In this document: positions 45,859-55,995 of the stretch, piece after piece
Layout: the number at the start of each line of letters is the position of its first letter
Numbering within the stretch: position 1 is the stretch's first letter
Position numbers and translations under genes: made by a program
Notes under the pieces: generated by a model
Told to the model about the DNA's origin: nothing
Seen by the model: the letters and a program-made list of their open reading frames with translations, nothing else
The model's database searches: none
Assembly (NCBI GenBank): GCA_021738485.1
Contig: JAIPBX010000003.1
Location: 1,241 to 65,240 of the forward strand
DNA length: 64,000 bases
Direction: 5' to 3'
Source: Bacteroidales bacterium
GTDB taxonomy: Bacteria > Bacteroidota > Bacteroidia > Bacteroidales > JAIPAH01

Positions 45859-48800
45859 ATGTATAAGATCGATAAACATCCTATTTTGGAAGTGCCGCAA
45901 AAGGAAGAGGATTCTTTTACTTTTCACAATGAAAAAGTAAAAGCAGAGAAGGGATATACCATTGCTGCGGCTTTACATCAGGCCGGCTATCCGGTGCATA
46001 GTCACAGTGTGAAACATCGTGAAAGGAGTTTGGAATGTGGAATCGGTAAGTGTGGCGCTTGCGAGATGCTTGTGGATGGCGAAGTAAGAAGAATATGTAT
46101 TACCAAAGTGGATGGTGTCAATCGTGTGGAAGAGCTACCATCGGATTATCAACCCCGCATTACCAATTACAGATCAGAAAAACAATACAAAGTATATAAG
46201 ACCGATGTGGCAGTAATAGGAGCTGGCCCTGCCGGATTGGCGGCGCGTGAAGTGCTGAATGAGTATGGCATCCCCAATGTGGTAGTAGATAATAATAATA
46301 GAATTGGCGGGCAATTTGTTATGCAGACCCATCAATTCTTTTTCTTTGAGCAGCAAAAAAAATTCGGCGGTCAGAGAGGATTTGATATTGCCGGCCAGCT
46401 AGCCGGCGATGACCGTCAGGGGATTTTTCTTAACTCCACTGTATGGGATATTCTGGATGGCAAACGATTAGCCATAAAAAATATAGCTACCGATGAAATT
46501 TATTTTGTAGATGCCGATTACCTGGTTGTTGCCACAGGAGCGATACCTTTTTTGCCCCCCTTTGAAAATGACGACCTTCCGGGGGTTTATACCGCAGCTG
46601 TGGTTCAGAAAATGATGAACACCGAATTCACCTTACTTGGCAAGAATGTATTGAGCATTGGCGCAGGGAATATCGGTTATCTCACTTCCTACCAGCTTAC
46701 ACAAGCCGGGGCGAATGTGAAAGCCATCATAGAAGCCCAACCTTCCGAAGGCGGGTTTCCGGTGCAGGCCAATCGCGTGAGGAGACTGGGCATTCCAATT
46801 ATGACGGGTCACACGCTTTTGAAGGCGATACCCAACAAAAACCATGACGGCATCAATGGTGTCATTATTGCAGAATGCCGCGATTTTAAGCCTATACCCG
46901 GCACGGAAAAGCTCATCGATGGGATTGATGCCATAAACGTATGTACAGGTTTAATTGCTGACGATCAATTGATGATTAAAGGGAATGAAGTCTTTGGAAG
47001 AAAATGTCATGTTGCCGGTGATGCTTTGAGAATCGGGGAAGGGACCACTGCTGTGCTCAGAGGGAAACAGGCCGCTTATGAAGTGTTGCAGCAAATGGAC
47101 CACCCCATCAACCATAAGCAGTATCTCAAATTGTCAAAAGAATACATTGATTCGCAGCAGGAACCGGAAAAGGTGCTGGAAAAACCCTATATCCCTTCTC
47201 ATGAGCGCATGTGGGAAAAGCCCTTTGTGATTATTGACTGTCTTCATGGTTTTGCCTGTAACCCTTGTGCTTTTGCGTGTCCTTATGGCGCTATAACAAA
47301 ATCCTCTGCGAGTACAGCCCCTCATATGGATTTTAAGAAATGTACAGGATGTATGCAGTGCATTCATCAATGCCCCGGGTTGGCTGTTTTTGGTTATGAT
47401 TTAAAAAAGCAACGCCTCTTTTTTCCTGTCGAATTTGATGTGAAAGCAAATAAGGAGGTATTTTTGATAGATAACCTGGGGAAGAAACTCGGCGAAGGAA
47501 TGCTGGAGAAAGTTTTACATAAGCCCAACATGACTCATGTGGCCAGAATTAAAGCTTTGGATTTGGGAAAGGCTGAGCTGATAGGTGTTCGCGGGTTTAT
47601 TGCAAAAGAAAATTATCCTGAGCCGCTTGAATTGAAACCGGCGGACCGGATAGAGAATGAAGAAAGCTTTGTGTGTCATTGTGAAGATGTAAAACTCAAG
47701 GAAATTCTGGAAATTATTGGTGATCGTAACTTCATCTCGGTAGATGAGATTAAACATATCACTCGTATGGGAATGGGGGCATGCCGCGGGAAACGCTGTG
47801 TTAAGCGGCTGAAGCAAATGCTCGGCCCGAAGGGGGTTACCCTGGTAGGCGACTCAACACCACGAGCCCCTTTATCTAACCAGATAGGGATGGGAGAAAT
47901 TTATCCCCCAACACAGCATGAAAAAGTTTTGCCCCTTCATCTTAATGGCGGACTGAAAAAAATCAAAACCAAAGCCCTGGTTGCCGGTGGAGGAATAGGT
48001 GGCAGTGCTCTTTTCCGTTATCTGGCCGAAGAAGGATACAGCCCGGTTCTGGTAAATTATGAGAGAGGTTCTTCATGGAGGAATATAGCCGGGGGAAGGC
48101 CGAATTTTAGCATGCCTGAGCTATCAGAAATAGCGCTGAAGAATAAGGAAATCTTTGAAGATCTTCAACAAAGAAAAAATATAGATTATCGGCCCATCCG
48201 CTATGTTACCATGGCTCACGACGATAAAGTATATGCTGCTCTTGAGGAATCGATGAAATGGTCTGATTCGTACATGATAAAACCTGCCGATTTTCCAAAA
48301 GAAATTGCTCCTACGTTTAATCCCAATTGCCAAAAATATAAGGCGGCTTTGGTGACAAAAAATTGCTGGCAATCAACCCCGGGTAAGACCATAGATCTAC
48401 TCCGAAAAATCGGAATCGAAAATGGAGGAGCAGTTCAGGAAGATTGTAAAATGATTGACGTGTGGAGGGAAAAAGAGAATTACCATGTTTTGGTGAGACA
48501 GCATGATGGGGAATATGTGGTTTATATTACTGAAAATTTTATTAATGCCCTGGGGCATAAAGGAGAAGAGTTTGCCAAAAAACTTGGAATTGATACAAAA
48601 TTGTTCCCCGTAAAACATCAGGCATTCATCACACGCCGGCTCCCCTATCTAGGGATTGATGGGAAACCTTTCCCTATGGTTATAGATCGAAGAAAATATA
48701 AGGGTTTTGTGGCAGTCTATGGTCAGCAACTGGCAGAAACAGGACAGATTATAGGTTGCGCTTCTCCGGAAAATGAACCCCTGGAAACTCAATCAAACTT

Positions 48801-49092
48801 AAAGATTAATTCAAAAGAATTTATGGAGATTGCCACAGAAGTTTTTGTTGACTGGCTTCCGGAACTGTCTTCCATCGGATTGCAAGCATTGTGGGCGGGG
48901 TATTATGTGGAGCCACGAATGGTTATCGATGTGCAGAAGGGTTTGTTTCTTGGCCTCCGGGGACAGGGCTACATGTTAGGTCAATACCTGGCGAAAATGT
49001 ATGTCGATAAGCTGACAGGGAAGGCTGTGCCTCAATATTTTAACCGTTTGGCACTCCAGGGCGATGGATTACTCGAAAAAGCCTTTAAATAA
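45859..49092 (+). CDS. Multidomain Fe-S flavoprotein: 2Fe-2S-like + FAD/NAD(P) oxidoreductase + 2x[4Fe-4S] ferredoxin + BFD-like [2Fe-2S] + DAO-type FAD dehydrogenase
   Basis: 1077 aa. Cys60/65/68/80 (CGIGKCGACEM...RIC). GAGPAG at 121-126 and GAGNIG at 268-273. C461/467/470/474-P and CTGCMQCIHQCP at 495-506. CHC...CRGKRC at 606-647. VAGGGIGG at 708-715, then a sarcosine-oxidase-beta/HcnC-like body. Confidence 0.7.
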   Translation: MYKIDKHPILEVPQKEEDSFTFHNEKVKAEKGYTIAAALHQAGYPVHSHSVKHRERSLECGIGKCGACEMLVDGEVRRICITKVDGVNRVEELPSDYQPRITNYRSEKQYKVYKTDVAVIGAGPAGLAAREVLNEYGIPNVVVDNNNRIGGQFVMQTHQFFFFEQQKKFGGQRGFDIAGQLAGDDRQGIFLNSTVWDILDGKRLAIKNIATDEIYFVDADYLVVATGAIPFLPPFENDDLPGVYTAAVVQKMMNTEFTLLGKNVLSIGAGNIGYLTSYQLTQAGANVKAIIEAQPSEGGFPVQANRVRRLGIPIMTGHTLLKAIPNKNHDGINGVIIAECRDFKPIPGTEKLIDGIDAINVCTGLIADDQLMIKGNEVFGRKCHVAGDALRIGEGTTAVLRGKQAAYEVLQQMDHPINHKQYLKLSKEYIDSQQEPEKVLEKPYIPSHERMWEKPFVIIDCLHGFACNPCAFACPYGAITKSSASTAPHMDFKKCTGCMQCIHQCPGLAVFGYDLKKQRLFFPVEFDVKANKEVFLIDNLGKKLGEGMLEKVLHKPNMTHVARIKALDLGKAELIGVRGFIAKENYPEPLELKPADRIENEESFVCHCEDVKLKEILEIIGDRNFISVDEIKHITRMGMGACRGKRCVKRLKQMLGPKGVTLVGDSTPRAPLSNQIGMGEIYPPTQHEKVLPLHLNGGLKKIKTKALVAGGGIGGSALFRYLAEEGYSPVLVNYERGSSWRNIAGGRPNFSMPELSEIALKNKEIFEDLQQRKNIDYRPIRYVTMAHDDKVYAALEESMKWSDSYMIKPADFPKEIAPTFNPNCQKYKAALVTKNCWQSTPGKTIDLLRKIGIENGGAVQEDCKMIDVWREKENYHVLVRQHDGEYVVYITENFINALGHKGEEFAKKLGIDTKLFPVKHQAFITRRLPYLGIDGKPFPMVIDRRKYKGFVAVYGQQLAETGQIIGCASPENEPLETQSNLKINSKEFMEIATEVFVDWLPELSSIGLQALWAGYYVEPRMVIDVQKGLFLGLRGQGYMLGQYLAKMYVDKLTGKAVPQYFNRLALQGDGLLEKAFK

Positions 49093-49240
49093 AATTTTGG
49101 ATTTTTTCTGTGAATGCCCTGAAGTGACCCTTGAATCCTCAGGGAGAGCAATCATTTTTTAGGTTTTGAATGAAATATTTGTATTATTACTGATTCCTTG
49201 TTAGTTTTGCAGCCCTTTTTAAAAAGAAAGTGAGGATCTT

Positions 49241-49810
49241 GTGGGTACGTTAAGAGAATTCCGCATCGCCTTTAGCGGGTTAAAGCTGGGGCAGCATGAG
49301 TACAAGCTCTCTGTCGGGGAAGCGTTCTTTGAAAAATATCATAATTTGGAGATCGATCATGGCGCGGTTGATGTCAACCTTGTAATGACCAAAAAAGAGC
49401 GTATGCTCATTTTTGACTTTCATTTGAAAGGTTGGGTAGAGTTGATATGTGATCGTTGTCTGGGCAAGTACAAGCATTATATTGAGGATGAAGAGAAGAT
49501 GTTTGTCAAACGCCAGAATGGAATCTATGAAATGGTGGAAGAAGCGGAAGATGTGTTAATCATCCCGGACGATTGGTCTGATTTTGATGTGGGCCATTAT
49601 GTTTATGAATATATCGCTGTGCTGCTTCCTATGAAGAGAGTTCATGCCAACGATGAGAAGGGAAATCCGTTATGCGATCCGAAAATGCTTGAGATATTAA
49701 ATAAAGTCAAAGTCACTGATGAGGACGAAAAAGAGGGCGAAAAGAAAGAGAGTGATGAAAATATAGATCCCAGATGGGAGGCTTTACGAAAATTGAAAAA
49801 TAATCAGTAA
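49241..49810 (+). CDS. yceD: YceD/DUF177 family protein
   Basis: 189 aa with a GTG start. CDRCLGKY motif. Sits immediately upstream of rpmF, as in the conserved yceD-rpmF-plsX-fabH cluster. Confidence 0.75.
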   Translation: MGTLREFRIAFSGLKLGQHEYKLSVGEAFFEKYHNLEIDHGAVDVNLVMTKKERMLIFDFHLKGWVELICDRCLGKYKHYIEDEEKMFVKRQNGIYEMVEEAEDVLIIPDDWSDFDVGHYVYEYIAVLLPMKRVHANDEKGNPLCDPKMLEILNKVKVTDEDEKEGEKKESDENIDPRWEALRKLKNNQ

Positions 49811-49829
49811 TCATAAAAAAATATAAATA

Positions 49830-50018
49830 ATGGCACATCCAAAGCGAAAGACGTCGAAAACCAGGAGAGATAAGCGGCGAACACATTACAAAGCAAAGCG
49901 GCCCCAGTTGGCTACTTGCCAGACCACTGGAGAAGTGCATTTGTACCATCGCGCTTATTACGTGGAGGGCGCTTTGTATTACAAAGGAAAGCTGGTGAAA
50001 GAAGCAGAAGTGGAATAA
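49830..50018 (+). CDS. rpmF: 50S ribosomal protein L32
   Basis: 62 aa. [19 protein letters not shown]. Confidence 0.9.
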   Translation: MAHPKRKTSKTRRDKRRTHYKAKRPQLATCQTTGEVHLYHRAYYVEGALYYKGKLVKEAEVE

Positions 50019-50041
50019 GCCAATAACTTAACCCGTTTTCA

Positions 50042-50998
50042 ATGAAAGTCGGATTAGACGTTATGGGCGGGGACAGGGCACCTGATGCCACAGTAAAGGG
50101 TGCTATTCTCGCCCATAAAGCTATAAAAGAGCACGGGAGTATCGCTCTGATTGGCGATGAAAAAATTATTCGCAATAAGCTCCAGGAGCTTAAAGTTGAT
50201 GAAAATGATTTTGACATCGTCCATTCGGAGGAAACGATACAGATGGGCGAAAATCCCACCAAAGCATATAAGCTGAAGACCACTTCAAGTATTAATGTAG
50301 GTTTCCAGCTACTTAAGAGCGGGGAGATTGATGCATTTGCCAGTGCAGGAAATTCCGGGGCTATGTTGGTGGGCTCCATGTATTCTGTTAAAGCGGTGGA
50401 AGGAATTGCCCGACCCGCCACAGCAGGTGTCTTTCCCCGTCAGGATGGCGGCAACAACATTTTTCTCGATGTGGGGACAAATGTTGATACTAAGCCTGAA
50501 CATCTCTTTCAGTTTGCAATTCTCGGGAATCTCTACGCCCACCATGTGTTTCATGTGGAGGCCCCGCGGGTTGGCTTGCTCAATATAGGTGAAGAAAAAG
50601 AAAAAGGGAATTTTGCTACTAAAGCCGCTTATCCGATGCTGGAGAATAGCAAAACATTCAACTTTATCGGTAATATCGAGGGAAGGGATCTTTTGCGGGA
50701 TAAAGCTGACGTCATTGTTTGTGACGGATTTACCGGGAATGTGGTGCTTAAGCAAACCGAAGCGTTTTTTAGAATGATTACCAAGCGGGGTTTGACAGAT
50801 GATTACCTTGAGCGTTTCAATTATGAAAATTATGGTGGTACGCCCGTTTTAGGAGTTAACGCACCAGTAATTCTGGGTCATGGAATCTCCAATGATGTGG
50901 CTATCAAAAATATGTTGATACATGCCATGGAGGTTTGGCAGGCAAATTTACCGACAAAAATCAGGACGTCCGTTTTAAAGAATTTTCAAAACGGGTAA
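50042..50998 (+). CDS. plsX: Phosphate acyltransferase PlsX
   Basis: 318 aa. VGLDVMGGDRAP, SAGNSGAM and CDGFTGNVVLK motifs. Confidence 0.9.
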   Translation: MKVGLDVMGGDRAPDATVKGAILAHKAIKEHGSIALIGDEKIIRNKLQELKVDENDFDIVHSEETIQMGENPTKAYKLKTTSSINVGFQLLKSGEIDAFASAGNSGAMLVGSMYSVKAVEGIARPATAGVFPRQDGGNNIFLDVGTNVDTKPEHLFQFAILGNLYAHHVFHVEAPRVGLLNIGEEKEKGNFATKAAYPMLENSKTFNFIGNIEGRDLLRDKADVIVCDGFTGNVVLKQTEAFFRMITKRGLTDDYLERFNYENYGGTPVLGVNAPVILGHGISNDVAIKNMLIHAMEVWQANLPTKIRTSVLKNFQNG

Positions 50999-51056
50999 TT
51001 TTGCCGGCGATATAAGTTTATTTTTTGACGTTTTTACTTCATAAAAGCGATAATAC

Positions 51057-52049
51057 ATGAAAGCAGTAATTAGTGGTGTAGGGGCTTATGCCCCGGAAGA
51101 CTTGCTTACTAATGATGAGCTGGCCCGAATGGTAGAGACTAACGATGAATGGATTATGTCTCGCATCGGTATCAAAACACGTCATATCCTAAAGAAAAAG
51201 GGTGAAGGATCATCTTATATGGGTGAAAAAGCAGTTAAAGAAGTGCTGGAAAAAACCAATACTTCCCCCAATGAGATAGATGCCTTGATATGCGCAACGG
51301 TGACTCCGGATCATGTTTTTCCCGCAACAGCAAATATTATCAGTGATAAAGCAGGGATAAAAAACGCTTTTAGCTTTGATATAAATGCCGGATGTTCGGG
51401 ATTTTTATATTCACTCGAAACCGCTTCTAAGTTTATCGAATCCGGAAAATATCATAAGGTATTGGTTGTCGGGGCCGATAAAATGTCTTCGATAACAGAT
51501 TACACCGACAGAGCGACTTGTCCGATTTTTGGCGATGCTGCGGGAGCCGTTCTTGTGGAACCTTCTAACGGTGAAAATGGTGTAATAGATTCCATGCTGC
51601 AAAGCGATGGTTTGGGCAGAATGCATCTTCACCAGAAAGCGGGGGGCTCAGTAAAACCCGCTACTCATGAAACGGTGGATGCTCATGAGCATTATATTTA
51701 TCAGGAAGGACAAGCTGTTTTTAAATGGGCGGTGTCGAAAATGGCCGATGTTTCAACGGATATGATGAAAAAGCATGGTATCGCTCCGGAAGATTTGGAT
51801 TGGCTAGTGCCGCACCAGGCTAATATGCGTATTATCGAGGCAACAGCTAAACGTATGGGGATCAATCGTGATCAGGTGATGATTAACATCCAAAAATATG
51901 GCAACACTACTGCTGCCACTCTGCCTTTGTGCCTCTATGAATGGGAAGAACGGCTTAAACCCGGTGACAATATCATCCTTGCAACATTCGGAGCAGGATT
52001 TACATGGGGTGCCATGTATTTGAAATGGGCCTATAACGGGAAGGAATAG
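51057..52049 (+). CDS. fabH: Beta-ketoacyl-ACP synthase III
   Basis: 330 aa. Active-site [17 protein letters not shown] and GNTTAATLP motifs. Confidence 0.9.
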   Translation: MKAVISGVGAYAPEDLLTNDELARMVETNDEWIMSRIGIKTRHILKKKGEGSSYMGEKAVKEVLEKTNTSPNEIDALICATVTPDHVFPATANIISDKAGIKNAFSFDINAGCSGFLYSLETASKFIESGKYHKVLVVGADKMSSITDYTDRATCPIFGDAAGAVLVEPSNGENGVIDSMLQSDGLGRMHLHQKAGGSVKPATHETVDAHEHYIYQEGQAVFKWAVSKMADVSTDMMKKHGIAPEDLDWLVPHQANMRIIEATAKRMGINRDQVMINIQKYGNTTAATLPLCLYEWEERLKPGDNIILATFGAGFTWGAMYLKWAYNGKE

Positions 52050-52080
52050 GTAAAGCACTATATCAACAATATCCTTGTAT

Positions 52081-52929
52081 TTAATCCAGGGCGAAAGCCT
52101 CCCAGACAATTCCGGTGTAATAATATATTTCCCTGTAACCTATGTTTTTTAATGCTGGTAGGGCTTGTGCATAATAACCGTCCATTTCGTCGGGCTTATG
52201 GGCATCGGAGTTGAGGCTGATTGGTATACCTTTTTTCAGGGCTTTCTTTAAAACCATTTCCCCGGGAAATAAAGAATCGGAACGGCCTTTGTAAATACCG
52301 CGGGTATTTACTTCCATGATACAATCATTAGCTTTTATATAATCAAGCGTTTCATCAATGAGTTGTCTGTACCAAGTTTCATCTTCCGAGAAATAGCGAT
52401 TTTTATTGTGCATTTTGATTTTATCTATATGACCTACCATATCAGGCTTTTGGGTGGTTATCATTTCATTGATTTGATGATAATAGCCCGATACTGCCTT
52501 GTATATGTCATTTCCGAAGGCTTCATGCAACCCCCGGTCGTAATTCGAAGCATCGGGGCCGTCAATAAACCACAGATGGTCATTGTTATCCCCTATTACA
52601 AGATGTATAGAACCAATAGTATAATCCAGTCCAAAGTTTTTTCTAAAAGTTTCGAAATCTGTTGTAATACCCCGGATATAATCTATTTCCAGAGAAAGAT
52701 ATATGTCAATTTGATCCTTATACTTATTCTGCAGATGACGAACTTCTTGGCAGTATTGACTGAGTTGTGCATTATCAGTTATGGAAAAATTATTCCTGAA
52801 AGGAACAGGAGCATGACTGGAAATCCCCAGTATTTTCAATCCTTTTCGTAAAGCCCCTTTAACCATCTCTTCCATAGAAGCTTTTCCATCGCAATATTGA
52901 CTGTGTGAATGTAAGTTTGCTTTGATCAT
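52081..52929 (-). CDS. PHP-domain histidinol-phosphatase family protein (HisJ-like)
   Basis: 282 aa. NLHSHSQYCDG start, GISSHAP, and SDAHKPDE near the C-terminus. Confidence 0.7.
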   Translation of the reverse strand: MIKANLHSHSQYCDGKASMEEMVKGALRKGLKILGISSHAPVPFRNNFSITDNAQLSQYCQEVRHLQNKYKDQIDIYLSLEIDYIRGITTDFETFRKNFGLDYTIGSIHLVIGDNNDHLWFIDGPDASNYDRGLHEAFGNDIYKAVSGYYHQINEMITTQKPDMVGHIDKIKMHNKNRYFSEDETWYRQLIDETLDYIKANDCIMEVNTRGIYKGRSDSLFPGEMVLKKALKKGIPISLNSDAHKPDEMDGYYAQALPALKNIGYREIYYYTGIVWEAFALD

Positions 52930-54197
52930 GGTTTATTCTGAAAATCTATTTGTTCTTGTTTAACTTCAACAACTTTATAAAATTTGTCCCCTCTTCGGAT
53001 TACTTGTTTGACAGGTATAGAGCAATAATCCCCTTTGGTTGCTTTTTTCACCACGTGCTGGTCCACCCTAAGCTCTTCCACAGTGTCTTCGTAAACTCCT
53101 GTTGTATCTCCTATAATCCTAAATCCGTCTCCCTGGCTGATAGTATTGGTATCTATTCTTAACTCAATCACCCCTATTCGGGAATAGTAGTTTGTAACTT
53201 TTCCCACATAATATTTTTTACGGGTGGCCTGGGACCCATATTTTTCCGACCACTCTCCGAGACGCTGGCCAAGATAATAGCCGTCCCAGAAGCCGCGGTT
53301 GTATACTGTTTTGAGTTTTTTATTCCACTTTTCGATTTTGTCGGGGGTGTAGCTTCCTTGAAACCAAGCGTTGACAGCTTCCCTGTATACTTCTGTCACT
53401 TTTTTGACGTATTCAGGGGATCGTCCCCGGCCTTCAATTTTTAGCACCCTGACTCCGGCATCCAGGATTTTGTTGAGGAAATGAACCGTTTTCAGGTCTT
53501 TAGGCGACATGATGTATTCATTGTCGACTTCAAGCTCAACCTCCCCCGCTTTGTCTTTTACATCATATGCCCTTCGACAGGGCTGGAGACAAGCACCCCT
53601 GTTAGCAGATTCATTAAAGTTGTGCAGGCTGAGGTAACATTTTCCGGAAATAGCCATGCACAAGGCTCCGTGGGCAAATATCTCGAGCTGTACAAGTTGC
53701 CGCGACGGCCCCCTGATATCCTGTTCTTTGATGGCTTTAGTAATCGAGGCTACCTGGTTGAGGTTCAATTCCCGGGCCGTAACCATAACATCAGCCCATT
53801 GCGAAAAGAATCGTACTTCTTCAATATTTGTGATGTTACTTTGCGTGGAGATGTGGACTTCCATACCTTGTTGGCGGGCATGCTGGATGGCTGCATAATC
53901 TGTTGCTATAATAGCACTTACTTTGTTGCGGGCTGCGGTATCGATTATTTGCCGCATTTCCTCCAACTCATCGTCATAAATAATCGTATTTACTGTCAGG
54001 TAAGTGCGCACATTATTTTCCCCGGCAATAGATACTATTTTCTCCAAATCGTCCAGCGTAAAATTCTGTGATGATTTGGAGCGCATATTCAAATGCCCTG
54101 CTCCAAAATAGACGGAATCCGCCCCTCCTTGAATTGCGGCTCTTAGTGAAGCATAGGAGCCAACAGGTGCCATGATTTCAATATCTTTGGGTCCCAT
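52926..54197 (-). CDS. Peptidase U32 family protein (PrtC/TrhP-like)
   Basis: 423 aa. IEIMAPVGSYASLRAAIQGGADSVYFG, E-x-F-x-HGALC (EIFAHGALCMAISGKC) and a Cys cluster CLQPCRR. Confidence 0.8.
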   Translation of the reverse strand: MGPKDIEIMAPVGSYASLRAAIQGGADSVYFGAGHLNMRSKSSQNFTLDDLEKIVSIAGENNVRTYLTVNTIIYDDELEEMRQIIDTAARNKVSAIIATDYAAIQHARQQGMEVHISTQSNITNIEEVRFFSQWADVMVTARELNLNQVASITKAIKEQDIRGPSRQLVQLEIFAHGALCMAISGKCYLSLHNFNESANRGACLQPCRRAYDVKDKAGEVELEVDNEYIMSPKDLKTVHFLNKILDAGVRVLKIEGRGRSPEYVKKVTEVYREAVNAWFQGSYTPDKIEKWNKKLKTVYNRGFWDGYYLGQRLGEWSEKYGSQATRKKYYVGKVTNYYSRIGVIELRIDTNTISQGDGFRIIGDTTGVYEDTVEELRVDQHVVKKATKGDYCSIPVKQVIRRGDKFYKVVEVKQEQIDFQNKP

Positions 54198-54428
54198 CCG
54201 TAATTTTTTTGCAAAGGTAGTTTGATTAACTCATAATTTGTAACCAAAATGTGATGAAATGATAGCAGAAGGAGCGGTAGTAACTGTGGTATTTTTCTTT
54301 ACCTTTTAACATAATGTTAACCTTATGAAGGCCGGATTTTTTGCGCAAAGCGATACTCTTACCAAACAATTAAATATATTTGGGGTTTTAGGAAAATATA
54401 TTTTTATAACAGCAAAAGATTAAAATAG

Positions 54429-55904
54429 ATGTACTTAAAAACAAATTATAGCTGGATTTTGGCGGGGGCCATTTTTTTACTGAGTATCTCAGTCAAAGCT
54501 CAGAATGTAGACCATAAGCGAGAAAATTATTCCGGGAATCATGCCAAATATGTTTTTCTTTTTATAGGAGATGGGATGGGGTTTGCCCATGTGGCAGCTA
54601 CTGAGGCATACTCCTCAGCTATAAGCAACGGAAAAGCATTTAAACCATTAAACTTCAGTAAATTTCCCGCTCAGGGTTTGATGACTACTAATGCCGCAAA
54701 TCGTTTTATTACAGGTTCTGCGGCATCCGGTACCGCCCTGGCTACGGGGCATAAAACGTCCATCAATACCATCTCTATGAAAGAGGACCGCTCGGGTAAA
54801 TACCCGACCATAGCAGAAAAAGCAAAAGCTAAAAACATGAAAGTAGGGATTATTACTTCCGTTTCTATCGATCATGCCACTCCGGCAGCTTTTTATGCCC
54901 ATGAGCCGGTGAGGCATAACTATTATAATATAGGCAAGCAGCTTACCAACAGCGGTTTTGATTACTTTGGCGGCGGCGGATTCAAATTCCGGAATGGCCG
55001 AAAGGGAGATCAACCGGATCTCATCAAAATGTCCAAAAAAAATGGTTACACATTGGTGGATTCCAGACGGGACTTTCACAGGCTTGATAAAGAGGCTGGT
55101 AAAGTTATAGCCATGAATCCCCGACTGGATGATGGAGCTATGCCTTATGCCATGGATATGAACAGAAAGGATATATCATTGGCTGATTTTACTCAAAAAG
55201 GTATTGAACTGCTCAACAATGAGGATGGCTTTTTCATGATGGTGGAAGGAGGAAAGATAGATTGGTCCGCTCACGGGAATGATGCCGCAGGAGTTATTCA
55301 TGGGGTGAGGGCTTTTGCAGATGCTGTTGAACAGGCTATTGCGTTTTATGAAGAACACCCCGAAGAAACTCTGATAATTGTTACTGCGGATCATGAAACC
55401 GGTGGTATGGCCGTTGGCGCTAAAGAAACAAAGTATTCCAGCTATTATGAGAGGTTAAAGCAACAGCGCGTTTCTTTGGATGTTTTTGGAGATAAGCTGA
55501 ATGACCTGGTAAGAAACGGCCGTAATGAAGAAGTTTCTTTTGACCGCGTAATGCAAGTTACCAAAAAATACATAGGCCTTGGCAAAGAACGACATGGGCT
55601 GGGACTCAATAAACGCGACATGAGGCTGCTGCAGCATGCTTATGAGATACAATTTAAAGATAAAGAAAATCCTGAAGAGATGGATGCTATGGCTTTAGCT
55701 TATATTGGGGAGCAATCTTTTGCGCAAACCGCTATAGAAATTCTGACAAAAAAGGCCGGTTTCTCTTTTACTAGCAATTCTCATACCGGAATTCCGGTGC
55801 CGGTTAGTGCTATAGGCCCCGGGGCGGAGCTTTTTGATGGCAGGATAGACAATACCGATATTCCGAAAAACATTGAGACATTATTACAACCAGTAAGTAA
55901 TTAA
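54429..55904 (+). CDS. Alkaline phosphatase
   Basis: 491 aa. Signal peptide. GDGMG. Nucleophile region TGSAASGTALATG. DHATPAAF. MVEGGKIDWSAHGND. ADHETGG. Confidence 0.85.
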   Translation: MYLKTNYSWILAGAIFLLSISVKAQNVDHKRENYSGNHAKYVFLFIGDGMGFAHVAATEAYSSAISNGKAFKPLNFSKFPAQGLMTTNAANRFITGSAASGTALATGHKTSINTISMKEDRSGKYPTIAEKAKAKNMKVGIITSVSIDHATPAAFYAHEPVRHNYYNIGKQLTNSGFDYFGGGGFKFRNGRKGDQPDLIKMSKKNGYTLVDSRRDFHRLDKEAGKVIAMNPRLDDGAMPYAMDMNRKDISLADFTQKGIELLNNEDGFFMMVEGGKIDWSAHGNDAAGVIHGVRAFADAVEQAIAFYEEHPEETLIIVTADHETGGMAVGAKETKYSSYYERLKQQRVSLDVFGDKLNDLVRNGRNEEVSFDRVMQVTKKYIGLGKERHGLGLNKRDMRLLQHAYEIQFKDKENPEEMDAMALAYIGEQSFAQTAIEILTKKAGFSFTSNSHTGIPVPVSAIGPGAELFDGRIDNTDIPKNIETLLQPVSN

Positions 55905-55995
55905 ATCTTGCTTTTCAATTTATTGCCAGGAATTAATTTTGGTTATTAGGAGGAATTTCTGCACCTTTGAGAAGGTAATCTTTATCTGAGAGTGT

